Shown here: positions 48,611 to 58,182 of the stretch, in pieces | Numbering within the stretch: the first letter of the stretch is position 1 | Layout: every line of letters begins with the position of its first letter | Assembly: GCA_044226015.1 (NCBI GenBank) | Contig: JBGAHS010000007.1 | Location: 192,001 to 256,000, forward strand | Origin: Candidatus Obscuribacteraceae bacterium | Lineage (GTDB): Bacteria > Cyanobacteriota > Vampirovibrionia > Obscuribacterales > Obscuribacteraceae | DNA length: 64,000 nt | Direction of reading: 5' to 3' | Position numbers and translations under genes: made by a program | The notes under the pieces: model-generated | Databases searched by the model: none | Seen by the model: only the letters and a program-made list of their open reading frames with translations | Told to the model about the DNA's origin: nothing

Positions 48611-50218
48611 TTGTATTCATATCTAAGGAGAAAATGCCGTAGAATATTGTTTGAACTTGTTTTAGAGGGTTTTGTGTCAGGCAGGTATAAGTCTGCGGAA
48701 AGCAGGCGCAAGTTTAATTTTGCAGCGCCTGTCGCTTATGGTCGACGCTCCTTTCTGCTCGGCTGCGTATTGCTTCTTTGCTTGTCTGCAGTGTGCGGGC
48801 TGGCTTCGCTAGCTTCAGATTCATCGTCGGGCGGCAGCTCCCAAGACGTTAAAGTTGCCAGCAAAGAAGGCGACGAACCTGATGATGACGATAAAGAGTC
48901 AGAGAATTTCAGTGTCCCGAAAGAACGGAAGTACGTACGCATACCGATTCTTTATATGACAGATCGCTCCTTGAATGAGGATGAGTCTCATAGCTTTGGT
49001 AATCAGCGCAATCCAGAGACAGATTCACTTTATGAGGTTTTTTGCGGCAACGCCAGCGTTAGTTTGGAGAACCATCGGGATAAGAGCCCAAACGAAGTTC
49101 GTGATGCATTGGGTTGGACCTTTCAGGAAAAGGACGAAGAGCCAAGTCATACATTTCTTGATGGAAAAATAAGCGCCTGGAGCAACCTTGATCGATTTGC
49201 TGACGAAATTAAGAAGGTCTGCCAGCAAACTGGAAAAAATGAAATCTGCATTTTTGTCCATGGCTTTAAGAATACTTTCGACGGTGCTGCCACGAAGGCC
49301 GCTCGCCTATCGTATGCCATGGAAATGCCCGTGCTTTTGTACAGCTGGCCTTCCAGGGCAAAACTTTTTCAATATATTGTTGACACTGGCAATAATGAAT
49401 GGAGCCAGGAACATTTCAATCGCTTGGAAGAGAAATTATATGAGTTAAAAACCAATCATGGATTGAAGGTCATTCTGGTTGCTCATAGTATGGGCAACAG
49501 GCTCGTGATGAGATCTGCTCCAATACTTGAAGACAAGCAACTATTCGACCAGGTGTTTCTGGTTGATCCCGATCTCGATTCCCAGACTTTTTTGCATTAC
49601 GTAGCTCGCTATGTGCATAAAAAAGTTCTTGTGAGCCATGGCAAAATGAGAATACTCTACTCCACTAAGGACAATGCTTTGCCTTTTGCGCAGAAGTTGT
49701 TTGGTGGTTATACAAGGCTTGGTCAGGGCGCTGATACGATCCTCGAGTCGTTTTTCAATCCTAAGAATATGTTGCCCGCTCTCATCGACTGTGGAAAGAG
49801 TGTTCTTGATACCGATAACTTAAACTTTCGTTGGTTGCTGGGTGCTGATAACAAGGATGGCACAGCGGCAAATCTTTTCTTGAAGGATATTGACTGGATC
49901 GATTTTTCTATATTGGATCACGGAATAATCGGACATAGTGTGCCATTTCGTCTAATCGCCAATCTTGCAAAGACCTCAAAACCTGGAGAAGGATTAGAGC
50001 TGGTTGATGAAGAAGTTGCCGTCGCAAACTTCAAAAGCAAAATGTTCAAAAAGATGTTTGGCAAAGATGCTTTTACAAACAAAAATCCATGGAATCTCGG
50101 CATTTGCAAGAAGGTTCAATTCATTGACGATTCTCTAAAATCAGCCAAAGATGGGGGGATTATTATGGACAAGCAAGCCCATGAGCAGTTGAAAAAGAAA
50201 GAGTCACAAAATAACTAA
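48611..50218 (+). CDS. Alpha/beta hydrolase (DUF900 family), exported
   Basis: YMTDR, IFVHGF, YSWPS, AHSMG nucleophile elbow, DPDLD, RLG, GH; hydrophobic N-terminal segment. Start uncertain. Confidence 0.88.
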   Translation: MYSYLRRKCRRILFELVLEGFVSGRYKSAESRRKFNFAAPVAYGRRSFLLGCVLLLCLSAVCGLASLASDSSSGGSSQDVKVASKEGDEPDDDDKESENFSVPKERKYVRIPILYMTDRSLNEDESHSFGNQRNPETDSLYEVFCGNASVSLENHRDKSPNEVRDALGWTFQEKDEEPSHTFLDGKISAWSNLDRFADEIKKVCQQTGKNEICIFVHGFKNTFDGAATKAARLSYAMEMPVLLYSWPSRAKLFQYIVDTGNNEWSQEHFNRLEEKLYELKTNHGLKVILVAHSMGNRLVMRSAPILEDKQLFDQVFLVDPDLDSQTFLHYVARYVHKKVLVSHGKMRILYSTKDNALPFAQKLFGGYTRLGQGADTILESFFNPKNMLPALIDCGKSVLDTDNLNFRWLLGADNKDGTAANLFLKDIDWIDFSILDHGIIGHSVPFRLIANLAKTSKPGEGLELVDEEVAVANFKSKMFKKMFGKDAFTNKNPWNLGICKKVQFIDDSLKSAKDGGIIMDKQAHEQLKKKESQNN

Positions 50219-51234
50219 TCGCCAATGTCTCGAACGGAATTGTTGATGTTCTGCGCAGACCCAGCTCGTTTGTAAAGAGAGCCTCCTCTGGTGCCAGCTA
50301 TTGCCGCACTGTTATCGACTCCGGCAGCATTGCCGCCTTGTGCTGAACCTGATGAGCTTGCGTTGAGTTTTGATTTGATATCGTCCACTCTTCCTTCTTC
50401 GGCGATTGCTTCGGTTTTTCTGTTTAGCTTTCTCAAAATTTCAGCATGTGAATTTAAGGCATCTGCATACTGCCTACTGACAGTTCCATACTTGCTTTTG
50501 TTCATTTCGGCGCAGCGTTTAGCCACAGCTTCGGCCTGGGCCGTTTTGTTTTCTGCATCATAGACAAGTGTTAGCAGTTTTAAGGCTGGTATCGTATACG
50601 ATGCTTCGCCTGCTTCTTCTGCCAGTTTAAGTGCTTTCTGCCCGCTTTGCTCAGCTAAAGTAAGTTGCTTGCCGTTCAATTCACGATTTCCGTCGGCGAG
50701 ATTTTGTTGTGCCTCCTGCAGCATCTTCGTTCGTTTTTCCTGTGCCTCTTTTTTTGCAGCGGCTGCCAGCTCTTCCTGGCTTGGTTCTTTAGCTTTACTA
50801 GCTGCGTCATTTGCTAGTGTATAGTCGTTTTCAAGCTTGCTGGCGTCGTCTGTTCGTTTGAGCTGGCGCAGCAGGGTGGCATAGTCTTTCAGCACTGCTC
50901 TCAAATCTTCGGTGCTTGACTCTGGCTTTGAACTTTCAAGAACCGCTTTGTATAGGGTTTCCGCCTCGGCGGTTTTGCCCTGTTCAGTGAGTGACTTAGC
51001 TAGCCCTCCCATGCTCTGAATATAGCGCGGACCGCTCTTGTCCTGGCATGAGTCCATCGCTTTTTGCCAGAACCGATCTGCCTCGTCATATCTTTTGGCA
51101 GATTGAGCCTCCATTGCAGCACTCTTTAATTGTCCAAATGATTGAGCTGACGCCTGTGCTTGTAATAGCAAAACAGAAGAGCAAGTGAGAATGATAGCTC
51201 TCATTGTTGTTTTCATGCCTGAACTGGCCTCCAC
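50215..51234 (-). CDS. Secreted TPR protein
   Basis: Signal peptide ending ASA; two TPR clusters with repeated YA.LLR.L.R..(D/E)A. Confidence 0.82.
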   Translation of the reverse strand: MEASSGMKTTMRAIILTCSSVLLLQAQASAQSFGQLKSAAMEAQSAKRYDEADRFWQKAMDSCQDKSGPRYIQSMGGLAKSLTEQGKTAEAETLYKAVLESSKPESSTEDLRAVLKDYATLLRQLKRTDDASKLENDYTLANDAASKAKEPSQEELAAAAKKEAQEKRTKMLQEAQQNLADGNRELNGKQLTLAEQSGQKALKLAEEAGEASYTIPALKLLTLVYDAENKTAQAEAVAKRCAEMNKSKYGTVSRQYADALNSHAEILRKLNRKTEAIAEEGRVDDIKSKLNASSSGSAQGGNAAGVDNSAAIAGTRGGSLYKRAGSAQNINNSVRDIGD

Positions 51235-51236
51235 TT

Positions 51237-52355
51237 CTAATTGTTGCTTTTATGCTTGAGCACAAAATGATTTTTCTGGTCCTCTATAAACTCATAGCCC
51301 TGATTTTTCACATCTATACCATTGCTGAGGTCAGAAACAACCCAAAATGCAATTTCGTGCCCCATCGCCGCAGCTGTTATGTCTATCATACTCTGATTGT
51401 TAGTCTTGCAAAGCATATTGAGCAATGGTCCGGGTCTTCCTAATCGAGGATAGCCACCATGAGCAGTGGCTGATGCTTCCAAGCGTCCATCCATCGCGTT
51501 ATAGAATATCTCTGTCTTTTCTGATTGGCTTGCAATGTCATCATTGTGATTGATGAAATAGCGTGCATCGGAATCTGGCTGACAGAAAATAGTCTCTGAG
51601 AACTTCTCGTATGGCAGATTTAATCGGGCTCGTTCAGCTCTTCGCAGCAGCCCTTCTTCCATAATTCTCGTGCCCATGCTGTGACCCAGCAGAATGATTT
51701 CGTGAGGTTTAATCTTCTTTTCTACAGCGTTCATGAAATTGTAAAAACGATCATAGTTTTGCTCAGCTAGAGTTTCATTCTGCAGATATTTTGTGAATCC
51801 TTTTGGGGACGCCCAGTCGAATACAACAAGTGGTCGTTGCATGTGCGACTCTAGCTTTGCTGCTCGCTCTAGCGAAGTTGGAAAAGTAGCGCAACATCCG
51901 TGCACGAAAATGACAATTTTCTCTATTCCGCTTTCATCCTGATATTTGTCGAAAAACTCAGCTAGCTCTTCCTTGGAGAAATCCCGATCTGCAATTTTGC
52001 AATCTGTCGGAACGTCTGGCTTTTGCCCGTTTTCCAGGGGCTTGTCCAGATGAATTAATCGCCAGCCGAGTTTGTCTATGTTCTCTTTGCGCAGGCTGAT
52101 TTTGGTGGGCGCTGGAACAACGACGTTTCTCACGCCAAAACGAAACATGTCATAGGACGGTTCTTCGCCAAACTGAAGCTTTGCGTCGGGTTTTCTTGTT
52201 GTAGCAAAGAACACCGGGCAGACAATCCAGTCTCTGACTTTGGAAGTATCTTCATGTACAGGCGCAAGGTCTGTCATAAGTTTGCAAGCGCAGATCAGGC
52301 TACAAAAAACAATGATTACGACTAAGCCAAAAGCAGCTTTAATGAACTTTTCCAT
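51237..52355 (-). CDS. Alpha/beta hydrolase (DUF900 family), membrane-anchored/exported
   Basis: FFATTR, IFVHG, FDWAS, GHSMG, QPDSD, PRLG, GHE. Confidence 0.88.
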   Translation of the reverse strand: MEKFIKAAFGLVVIIVFCSLICACKLMTDLAPVHEDTSKVRDWIVCPVFFATTRKPDAKLQFGEEPSYDMFRFGVRNVVVPAPTKISLRKENIDKLGWRLIHLDKPLENGQKPDVPTDCKIADRDFSKEELAEFFDKYQDESGIEKIVIFVHGCCATFPTSLERAAKLESHMQRPLVVFDWASPKGFTKYLQNETLAEQNYDRFYNFMNAVEKKIKPHEIILLGHSMGTRIMEEGLLRRAERARLNLPYEKFSETIFCQPDSDARYFINHNDDIASQSEKTEIFYNAMDGRLEASATAHGGYPRLGRPGPLLNMLCKTNNQSMIDITAAAMGHEIAFWVVSDLSNGIDVKNQGYEFIEDQKNHFVLKHKSNN

Positions 52356-52426
52356 CTAGATGAGTCTCTTCCAGATTAATGCAGGTCTTTTACAGGGAAT
52401 AAGTATATCGCGCTGCGGGAATCATT

Positions 52427-52909
52427 TTGGAGAATCGGTGGAGGAAACAGCCAATGATCATTGACAGGAAGCTGCGGGAATCTGTTGCTAGCATCATGTT
52501 ACAGGAAATGTTGAGCCTGAATGGTGAAAGAGGCATTCCAAACCCTACAGCGGAAAACACGAGAGTCTCCGGCATGGATAGTCAACTTCTGGCTAAGCTT
52601 ATTGAATCAAATTTTGCCCGGCTGGATGAAAATGGCGACGGACTTACAAAGAAGGAATTGGCTGCTGCCATGAGCACGCCACACAAGTTCAATGCAGATG
52701 AGTGGACAATGCTGCGGTTGATCACGAAGTATTTTGATAGCATCGCAGCTATTTGTGACGATCAGATGGAAGGTGAAAAGGTTCGCATAACACACATGGA
52801 CAAAGAGGTTCTCATCCAGTTTCTGAAGTATTCAAACATGTCACTTCAAGATATTCATGATTGGCTGAGCCGTAACGAGAGATCCGTCGCTCCGCCACCG
52901 AAATCGTAA
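52427..52909 (+). CDS. Hypothetical protein with an EF-hand-like loop
   Basis: FARLDENGDGLTKKEL; probable start at MIIDRK downstream of GGAGG. Confidence 0.65.
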   Translation: MENRWRKQPMIIDRKLRESVASIMLQEMLSLNGERGIPNPTAENTRVSGMDSQLLAKLIESNFARLDENGDGLTKKELAAAMSTPHKFNADEWTMLRLITKYFDSIAAICDDQMEGEKVRITHMDKEVLIQFLKYSNMSLQDIHDWLSRNERSVAPPPKS

Positions 52910-52911
52910 GG

Positions 52912-53925
52912 TCATTTTGTAATCAAGTCGCCAAGTCCATGCTCTTCCAAATATTGGTTCAGCGAATCTTTTAAATCGATGCCATTGAGTGACGCTACAG
53001 CTTGAAAGGGACCCACCCTGTTGTACTGACTTCTGAGCTGACCATCTCGAACTGGCTGTCCTTCGTAGGTGAAGACTCGATTCGTACTTATGTTCGTGAA
53101 AGTTTCTGGCGTTTCACTTAGCACATAGTGGTTCAAAGACTCCTGTTGAAACATTTCAATGGGTGGTCCATTCCAAAAATTTGATTCGCTCACAACGTAT
53201 TGCGTCCGAGTTACTAACGACGATGGAGATGTTTTTTCGCACCTCTGTTGAACTGTCAAAAAGCGAACTGCCTTGCCATCTGAGTTTCCATCCCTTTCTG
53301 AAGGAAGGAAGTTGACGTGCCAGTAGTTTCCTGCAGCATCCATTTGATGACCCCAGGTTGCGTCCATTTTGTTATCGACCCAATGATTCTGATTTATTTG
53401 CTGACCAGTATTTAGATCGGTGACGCTTACGGTAAGGTCACCTTGTTTGAACCACTTTCCCGCTAACCATTTGGGAATCATGAACCACTCAGCTGATGCT
53501 TTGTGAACTTCCGCGCTAAGATTCTTGCTCGTAGTGTCATTGTGCGGTTGCCCTACACCCACGAGGGGGAGATATGCTTGTTTTTTTGAATTGTCTTCAG
53601 CTTCTGCTTGGAGTGTTGGAGCGGTACTGCTTGTATTACTTGTGATGTTGGTATCAAGGGTGGCAGTCGAAGAACTCAACTTCACTTTATGACGGTGCTT
53701 GTCTATGACATCGCTGACGTGCGGGAGTTGGTCGCTGTGGCTCACACCGCCATGAAGTGTGAAGCCCGGCGCTGCGCTATTCGAATCTTGGGGCGATGCA
53801 GCTGATGCATTCGTGGATTGTATCGTCGACGCATCCTGTCTGCCAGTTTCTGCCCCCGCACGGCAGAAGCTCCAACTGATTGCTATTCCGATGCTGACAC
53901 AAAAAGCTGATCTAACGTGACGCAT
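52912..53925 (-). CDS. Secreted hypothetical protein
   Basis: Signal-peptide-like N-terminus, low-complexity linker, beta-rich C-terminal domain (IPKWLAGKW...). Confidence 0.7.
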   Translation of the reverse strand: MRHVRSAFCVSIGIAISWSFCRAGAETGRQDASTIQSTNASAASPQDSNSAAPGFTLHGGVSHSDQLPHVSDVIDKHRHKVKLSSSTATLDTNITSNTSSTAPTLQAEAEDNSKKQAYLPLVGVGQPHNDTTSKNLSAEVHKASAEWFMIPKWLAGKWFKQGDLTVSVTDLNTGQQINQNHWVDNKMDATWGHQMDAAGNYWHVNFLPSERDGNSDGKAVRFLTVQQRCEKTSPSSLVTRTQYVVSESNFWNGPPIEMFQQESLNHYVLSETPETFTNISTNRVFTYEGQPVRDGQLRSQYNRVGPFQAVASLNGIDLKDSLNQYLEEHGLGDLITK

Positions 53926-54425
53926 TGCCTGCCCAACCTGCCAATTTCACTATTGTACCCGAGAGTCTGCGTTAGTAAAGAGGTCAGAGCAAACTCGCGA
54001 AATCTAGCTCTGGGTTTGATGAGCGCTGTTGCTTTGATTCTCTGGCTATTTATCGATTTTTGACAGCTGTTACGCAAGTCTTCCAAAAATGGTATCAAAT
54101 GTAGTGTCATACCAGTTGTGGAATTCTTCCTCTCGACTGATTTTGCGCAGGGTTTTAATCTTGTTTGCCAAATGGCATCTGAAAGACTAATGAAAGGTTA
54201 TGCGGCTATCATTTGCTCAAAGGGTTCTGCATTACTTGAGTCTCTCTGGACAAGACGACCCCTCGGCGTGCAAACCCTTTCCATTTTGAAAAGCACAACA
54301 AGTCACACAGCCATACCTTTTGAATTGTTCACCCTAGACAGTTACAGGTTAATTACTGATGTACAATTTAAGCTGCAGCATAGAACAATTGCCATGCTGC
54401 ACTCAGAGAAAGCGAGGCGAAAGAT

Positions 54426-55094
54426 ATGAGAATCCTTCTAGCCGAAGATGACAATTACCTTTCCGATGCCATTTCACTGGCTTTGCGCGATGGCGGCTAT
54501 TCTGTCGACAGAGTTGCTGCAGGTGACGAAGCCGACCATGCAACTAAGACATGTACTTATGACCTGGTTATTCTCGATTTAGGACTGCCTGGACTTGACG
54601 GACTTGAAGTGCTGAAGCGGATTCGAAGTCGCGGGCAGTCTTTGCCCATTCTTATTCTTACAGCAAGAGATTCACTCCAAGACCGCGTGCGCGGGTTAGA
54701 TTTCGGCGCAAATGACTATTTAACCAAACCGTTTGATTTGCCAGAACTTGAGGCTAGAATTCGCGCACTTTTGCGCAAAGACTTGTGGAATAACCGAACA
54801 ATCGTCAAGCATGGCTCTCTGGAGTTTGACACCGTTGATCGTCATTTAACTATCAATGGTGAACTAGTTGAACTGTCAGCCAGAGAGCTAGCAACTCTGG
54901 AAATATTGCTTCAGCGTGTTGGTATGATAGTTACCAAACCTCAATTGGCAGAACACCTGTCTAACTGGGAGATGGAAATAACGCACAATGCTATAGAGAT
55001 TATTATTCACCGCTTACGCAAGAAATTGGAAAACACCGACCTCACTTTGCGCACAATAAGAGGACTGGGATACCTAGTTGAAAAAGCAAAATAA
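54426..55094 (+). CDS. OmpR-family response regulator, TctD/QseB-like
   Basis: MRILLAEDD, ILDLGLPG.DG, GANDYLTKPF, winged HTH (NAIE..IHRLRKKL, TIRGLGY). Confidence 0.93.
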   Translation: MRILLAEDDNYLSDAISLALRDGGYSVDRVAAGDEADHATKTCTYDLVILDLGLPGLDGLEVLKRIRSRGQSLPILILTARDSLQDRVRGLDFGANDYLTKPFDLPELEARIRALLRKDLWNNRTIVKHGSLEFDTVDRHLTINGELVELSARELATLEILLQRVGMIVTKPQLAEHLSNWEMEITHNAIEIIIHRLRKKLENTDLTLRTIRGLGYLVEKAK

Positions 55095-56544
55095 CAGGTC
55101 TGTTAGAAAGCAGCTGCTGCTCTGGCTTTTGATTCCACTGAGCTGTCTATGGGTCCTTAGCGCGGTGATAACTTATCTTCTTGCTGAGTCATATGCAGAA
55201 GAACTTTACGATAATCAACTTCTAAATTCGGCTGACTCTGTTATTGGTCGTCTTCGCTTGCACGAAAACGGGGTGGATGTTGACTTGCCACCAGCAGCAG
55301 TGGCGATTTTGCGCAATAACTTTAAAGATCGAGTTTACTTTCAAGTCTTATCTTCAACCGGAAAGTTGATTGATGGAGACAAAGACTTGCCGATGCCGAA
55401 AGATCTCTCGCCAGACATCTATGAACGCCTTCCGATGTTTAATTACAGCAAGGCAAATGGTGCCGTAGTTCGGACAGTTCTTTTGGAAGCCTTCATTGCT
55501 GAAGCTCCACAAAATAGAGCCTTTGTTCAGCTGGCTGAGACATTGGGCACACGAAAAGCGCTTGCTACTCACATATTTTTCAATACCGCAATTTCGGGGC
55601 TGACTGTAATTCTTTTTGGTGCAGTTATAATTTGGCTAGGCGTAAGTCGAGGACTTTTGCAACTTGATGAATTGATTCGAGCACTTTCAAGTCGTTCTCA
55701 GTTCGACCTGCGCCCAATTGATGAGAGCACGGCACCACAGGAGGTGCGGTCCTTAGTTCATTCATTAAACAATTTGCTCGCCCAGCTACGAGAAGATATC
55801 GAGTCAAAGCAGAGGTTTGTTGCTAACGCCGCTCATCAATTGCGAACTCCGCTCGCCGGGCTGAAAACATACATTGGAATCTTGCAGAAAATAGTATCAG
55901 AGCCGTCTGCAAAAGAAGTTCTCCAACAGCTCGATACTGGTGCAGATCGAACTACCCATCTTGTGAATCGCTTGCTCGCGCTCTCAAAATTTGAGCCCAG
56001 CGCTGAAGGTCAGGCGAAACACTCGGTTGTCGACCTCAATGCTGTAGCAGCGGCTGCCGCTTCGAATCTTGTCGTTGAAGCCGTGTCCAAAAATATTGAA
56101 CTCTCGTTTGAGTCCTCTGCTTCACAAGCCTGGGTTCTGGGTGATGAACCAAGCCTTCTGGAGATGATTACGAATCTGGTGGAGAATGCGGTTCGTTACA
56201 CACCAGCTAACGGCAATGTTTCGGTCTCGATAAGCAATGAAGAGATGGTCAAATTGCAAGTCGATGATACAGGTCCAGGCATTCCAGTGCACGAAAGAGA
56301 GCGCGTGTTTGAGCGCTTTTACCGAATACTCGGTAGTGACGTTAATGGCAGCGGTATTGGTCTTGCAATTGTCCATGAGGTTGCCCGTTCGCATAATGCG
56401 CGAGTTTTGATAGATGATGTGCCAGGGCAGCTCACTGGCACTAGAATTACAGTAGAGTTCTTGAAAGCTGAAAAACCAGGAATTATCGAGACAAAAAGTC
56501 CGCTTTTGCGGGTAGAACCACAACATGACAGAAAAAATAGCTGA
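55078..56544 (+). CDS. Sensor histidine kinase, TctE/QseC-like (2CSK_N)
   Basis: SVRKQLLLWLLIPL, YD..L..SA, DLPPAA, DRVYFQV, second TM, FVANAAHQLRTPL, NA.RY, DTGPGI, GSGIGL. Confidence 0.92.
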   Translation: MKKQNNRSVRKQLLLWLLIPLSCLWVLSAVITYLLAESYAEELYDNQLLNSADSVIGRLRLHENGVDVDLPPAAVAILRNNFKDRVYFQVLSSTGKLIDGDKDLPMPKDLSPDIYERLPMFNYSKANGAVVRTVLLEAFIAEAPQNRAFVQLAETLGTRKALATHIFFNTAISGLTVILFGAVIIWLGVSRGLLQLDELIRALSSRSQFDLRPIDESTAPQEVRSLVHSLNNLLAQLREDIESKQRFVANAAHQLRTPLAGLKTYIGILQKIVSEPSAKEVLQQLDTGADRTTHLVNRLLALSKFEPSAEGQAKHSVVDLNAVAAAAASNLVVEAVSKNIELSFESSASQAWVLGDEPSLLEMITNLVENAVRYTPANGNVSVSISNEEMVKLQVDDTGPGIPVHERERVFERFYRILGSDVNGSGIGLAIVHEVARSHNARVLIDDVPGQLTGTRITVEFLKAEKPGIIETKSPLLRVEPQHDRKNS

Positions 56545-57154
56545 AGTTCCATTGAAAATCCTCTTGATAGCTCAAGAGGAAGCTCGTCGACTTGGAGATA
56601 CTACGGCCGGAACTGAGCATGTGCTTCTAGCTTTATCGAGTCTTGAAAATCCGGCAGCCAGTGCGTTGAACGGATTTGGTATCACTTATGCCGATGTAAA
56701 AACTGAATTGGAAGGGCTTCGTTCGCAACAAAACGCTCTGGGGGTTGAAGTCGAGATTGAACTGAGCGAGAGAAGTAAGCAATGCCTCGAGCTGTCATAT
56801 CTTGAAGCCAGTACCCTCAAACACCAGGTAGTAGGCGCCGAGCACATGCTGCTTGCAATCATTCGCCTGGGCGAGGGCGTCGCAATTGGTATTCTGTCTA
56901 AGTTTGGCATAAGCGTTGCAGACCTCGAAATTGCTTTGCTTTACCAATGTTCGAGCGCACTTGCAGCCCCCTTGAGTGATGTTGGAAAAGAACTCGAAAC
57001 TCAAATCGAAGTTTGGAACAGGTTGTCAGTTATAGCTCGCGAACAAGACTATCAAGATCTTGTGCAGGAGGCCGCCAGGCATACCAAGATGTACAAAGAC
57101 GCGCTTCACGAGCTGAAGAATGCGTCAGACGCTGACGTGAGAGTCACCTTTTGA
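56525..57154 (+). CDS. Stand-alone Clp N-terminal (Clp_N double repeat) domain protein
   Basis: AQEEARRLG...GTEHVLLAL and EA..L.H..VGAEHMLLAI; no AAA domain. Confidence 0.88.
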   Translation: MTEKIAEVPLKILLIAQEEARRLGDTTAGTEHVLLALSSLENPAASALNGFGITYADVKTELEGLRSQQNALGVEVEIELSERSKQCLELSYLEASTLKHQVVGAEHMLLAIIRLGEGVAIGILSKFGISVADLEIALLYQCSSALAAPLSDVGKELETQIEVWNRLSVIAREQDYQDLVQEAARHTKMYKDALHELKNASDADVRVTF

Positions 57155-57216
57155 TTGCCAATCCCGAAATTGGTGCTTGAAGCCAGAGATCTCTTAATTT
57201 AAGATTCTAATGCTGA

Positions 57217-58182
57217 ATGGCCGGAGTTTCCATGGCAGACGACATCACTCGCCCACCAAATGTGATTTGCTTGACCACCAAAGTGCGAGTGGCTGGCAAC
57301 GTTGATATTGCTCCGGTAACGGAGTCGCTCACGCACATTATGATGGCAGGCGCGAAATTCCCGGGCTTTTACAGTGCAGAAATCATTCCACCTTCGATTG
57401 CAAGGGCTGAATGGACGCTTGTCGAGCGGTTTTCGCAGTACGAACAGGCAAATGGCTGGATGCATTCCAGCACAAGAAATGAACTGATCGAATCGATGCG
57501 AAACGTGGTGCCAGGGCGTATCCTTTCTTCTGAAGAAATGCTGGATGACAAGGGTGTCTCAGGTATGGCGGCGACCGCCATTGTCACCTATGTTAAGCCA
57601 GGTATGGAGGCTGATTATTGGGGCTGGGAGTCCCGCATACAGGCGGCTCAAGCGCGATCTCCCGGGTACCGAGGCACCTATATTCAACCGCCACCTGCTG
57701 ATAGCCCCGGAAAATGGACGACGATGCTGCGCTTTGATGAGCCCGAGTCTCTTGAGTTGTGGTTGGCTTCCGGCGAGCGTAAAGAGCTGCTAATTGAAGC
57801 GGAACGTCTTGTGAATGCAACCCTGTATCAGGACATGAGTTCATCTTTTCCAGGATGGTTTCAGGCGGACAAGAGGGGGCAGAGCCCAGATACATGGAAG
57901 ACCGCTTGTCTGGTGCTTGTGGCGCTGTTTCCATTCATGCACCTTTTTCGACTTGTCTTGGGTCCCTATCTGGTAGAGCTGCCCGATGGTGTTTCAAGCT
58001 TGCTCATACTCACATTTAGCGTTGGAATGTTGAGCTGGGGCTGCATGCCGTTGCTTGTAAAGTCAATGCGCTGGTGGCTTTTGCCAGATCATCCCAATCC
58101 ATCAGAGCTAAATTTGAAAGGCGCCGCAGTCGTAACTGTGGCACTACTGGTGGAGCTATTTCTTTTCTGGAATTTGAAGTAA
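57217..58182 (+). CDS. Tandem ABM (antibiotic biosynthesis monooxygenase-like) domains plus C-terminal TM helices
   Basis: Two ferredoxin-like repeats (FPGF..., W.HS..R; VKPG.E..Y..W, PGYRG, W.ASGER), FPGWF, P.TWKTA.LVL..LFP. Confidence 0.8.
   Translation: MAGVSMADDITRPPNVICLTTKVRVAGNVDIAPVTESLTHIMMAGAKFPGFYSAEIIPPSIARAEWTLVERFSQYEQANGWMHSSTRNELIESMRNVVPGRILSSEEMLDDKGVSGMAATAIVTYVKPGMEADYWGWESRIQAAQARSPGYRGTYIQPPPADSPGKWTTMLRFDEPESLELWLASGERKELLIEAERLVNATLYQDMSSSFPGWFQADKRGQSPDTWKTACLVLVALFPFMHLFRLVLGPYLVELPDGVSSLLILTFSVGMLSWGCMPLLVKSMRWWLLPDHPNPSELNLKGAAVVTVALLVELFLFWNLK

Noticed and set aside
52600..52665. Canonical calcium-binding EF-hand
   Set aside because: The loop DENGDGLTKKE places Glu at position 11 rather than 12 and there is no clear partner hand; kept only as EF-hand-like.
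54118..54429. 103-aa ORF overlapping the response regulator start
   Set aside because: GTG start without a clear RBS, no recognisable motifs, and it covers the likely promoter region. Probably spurious, though not excluded.
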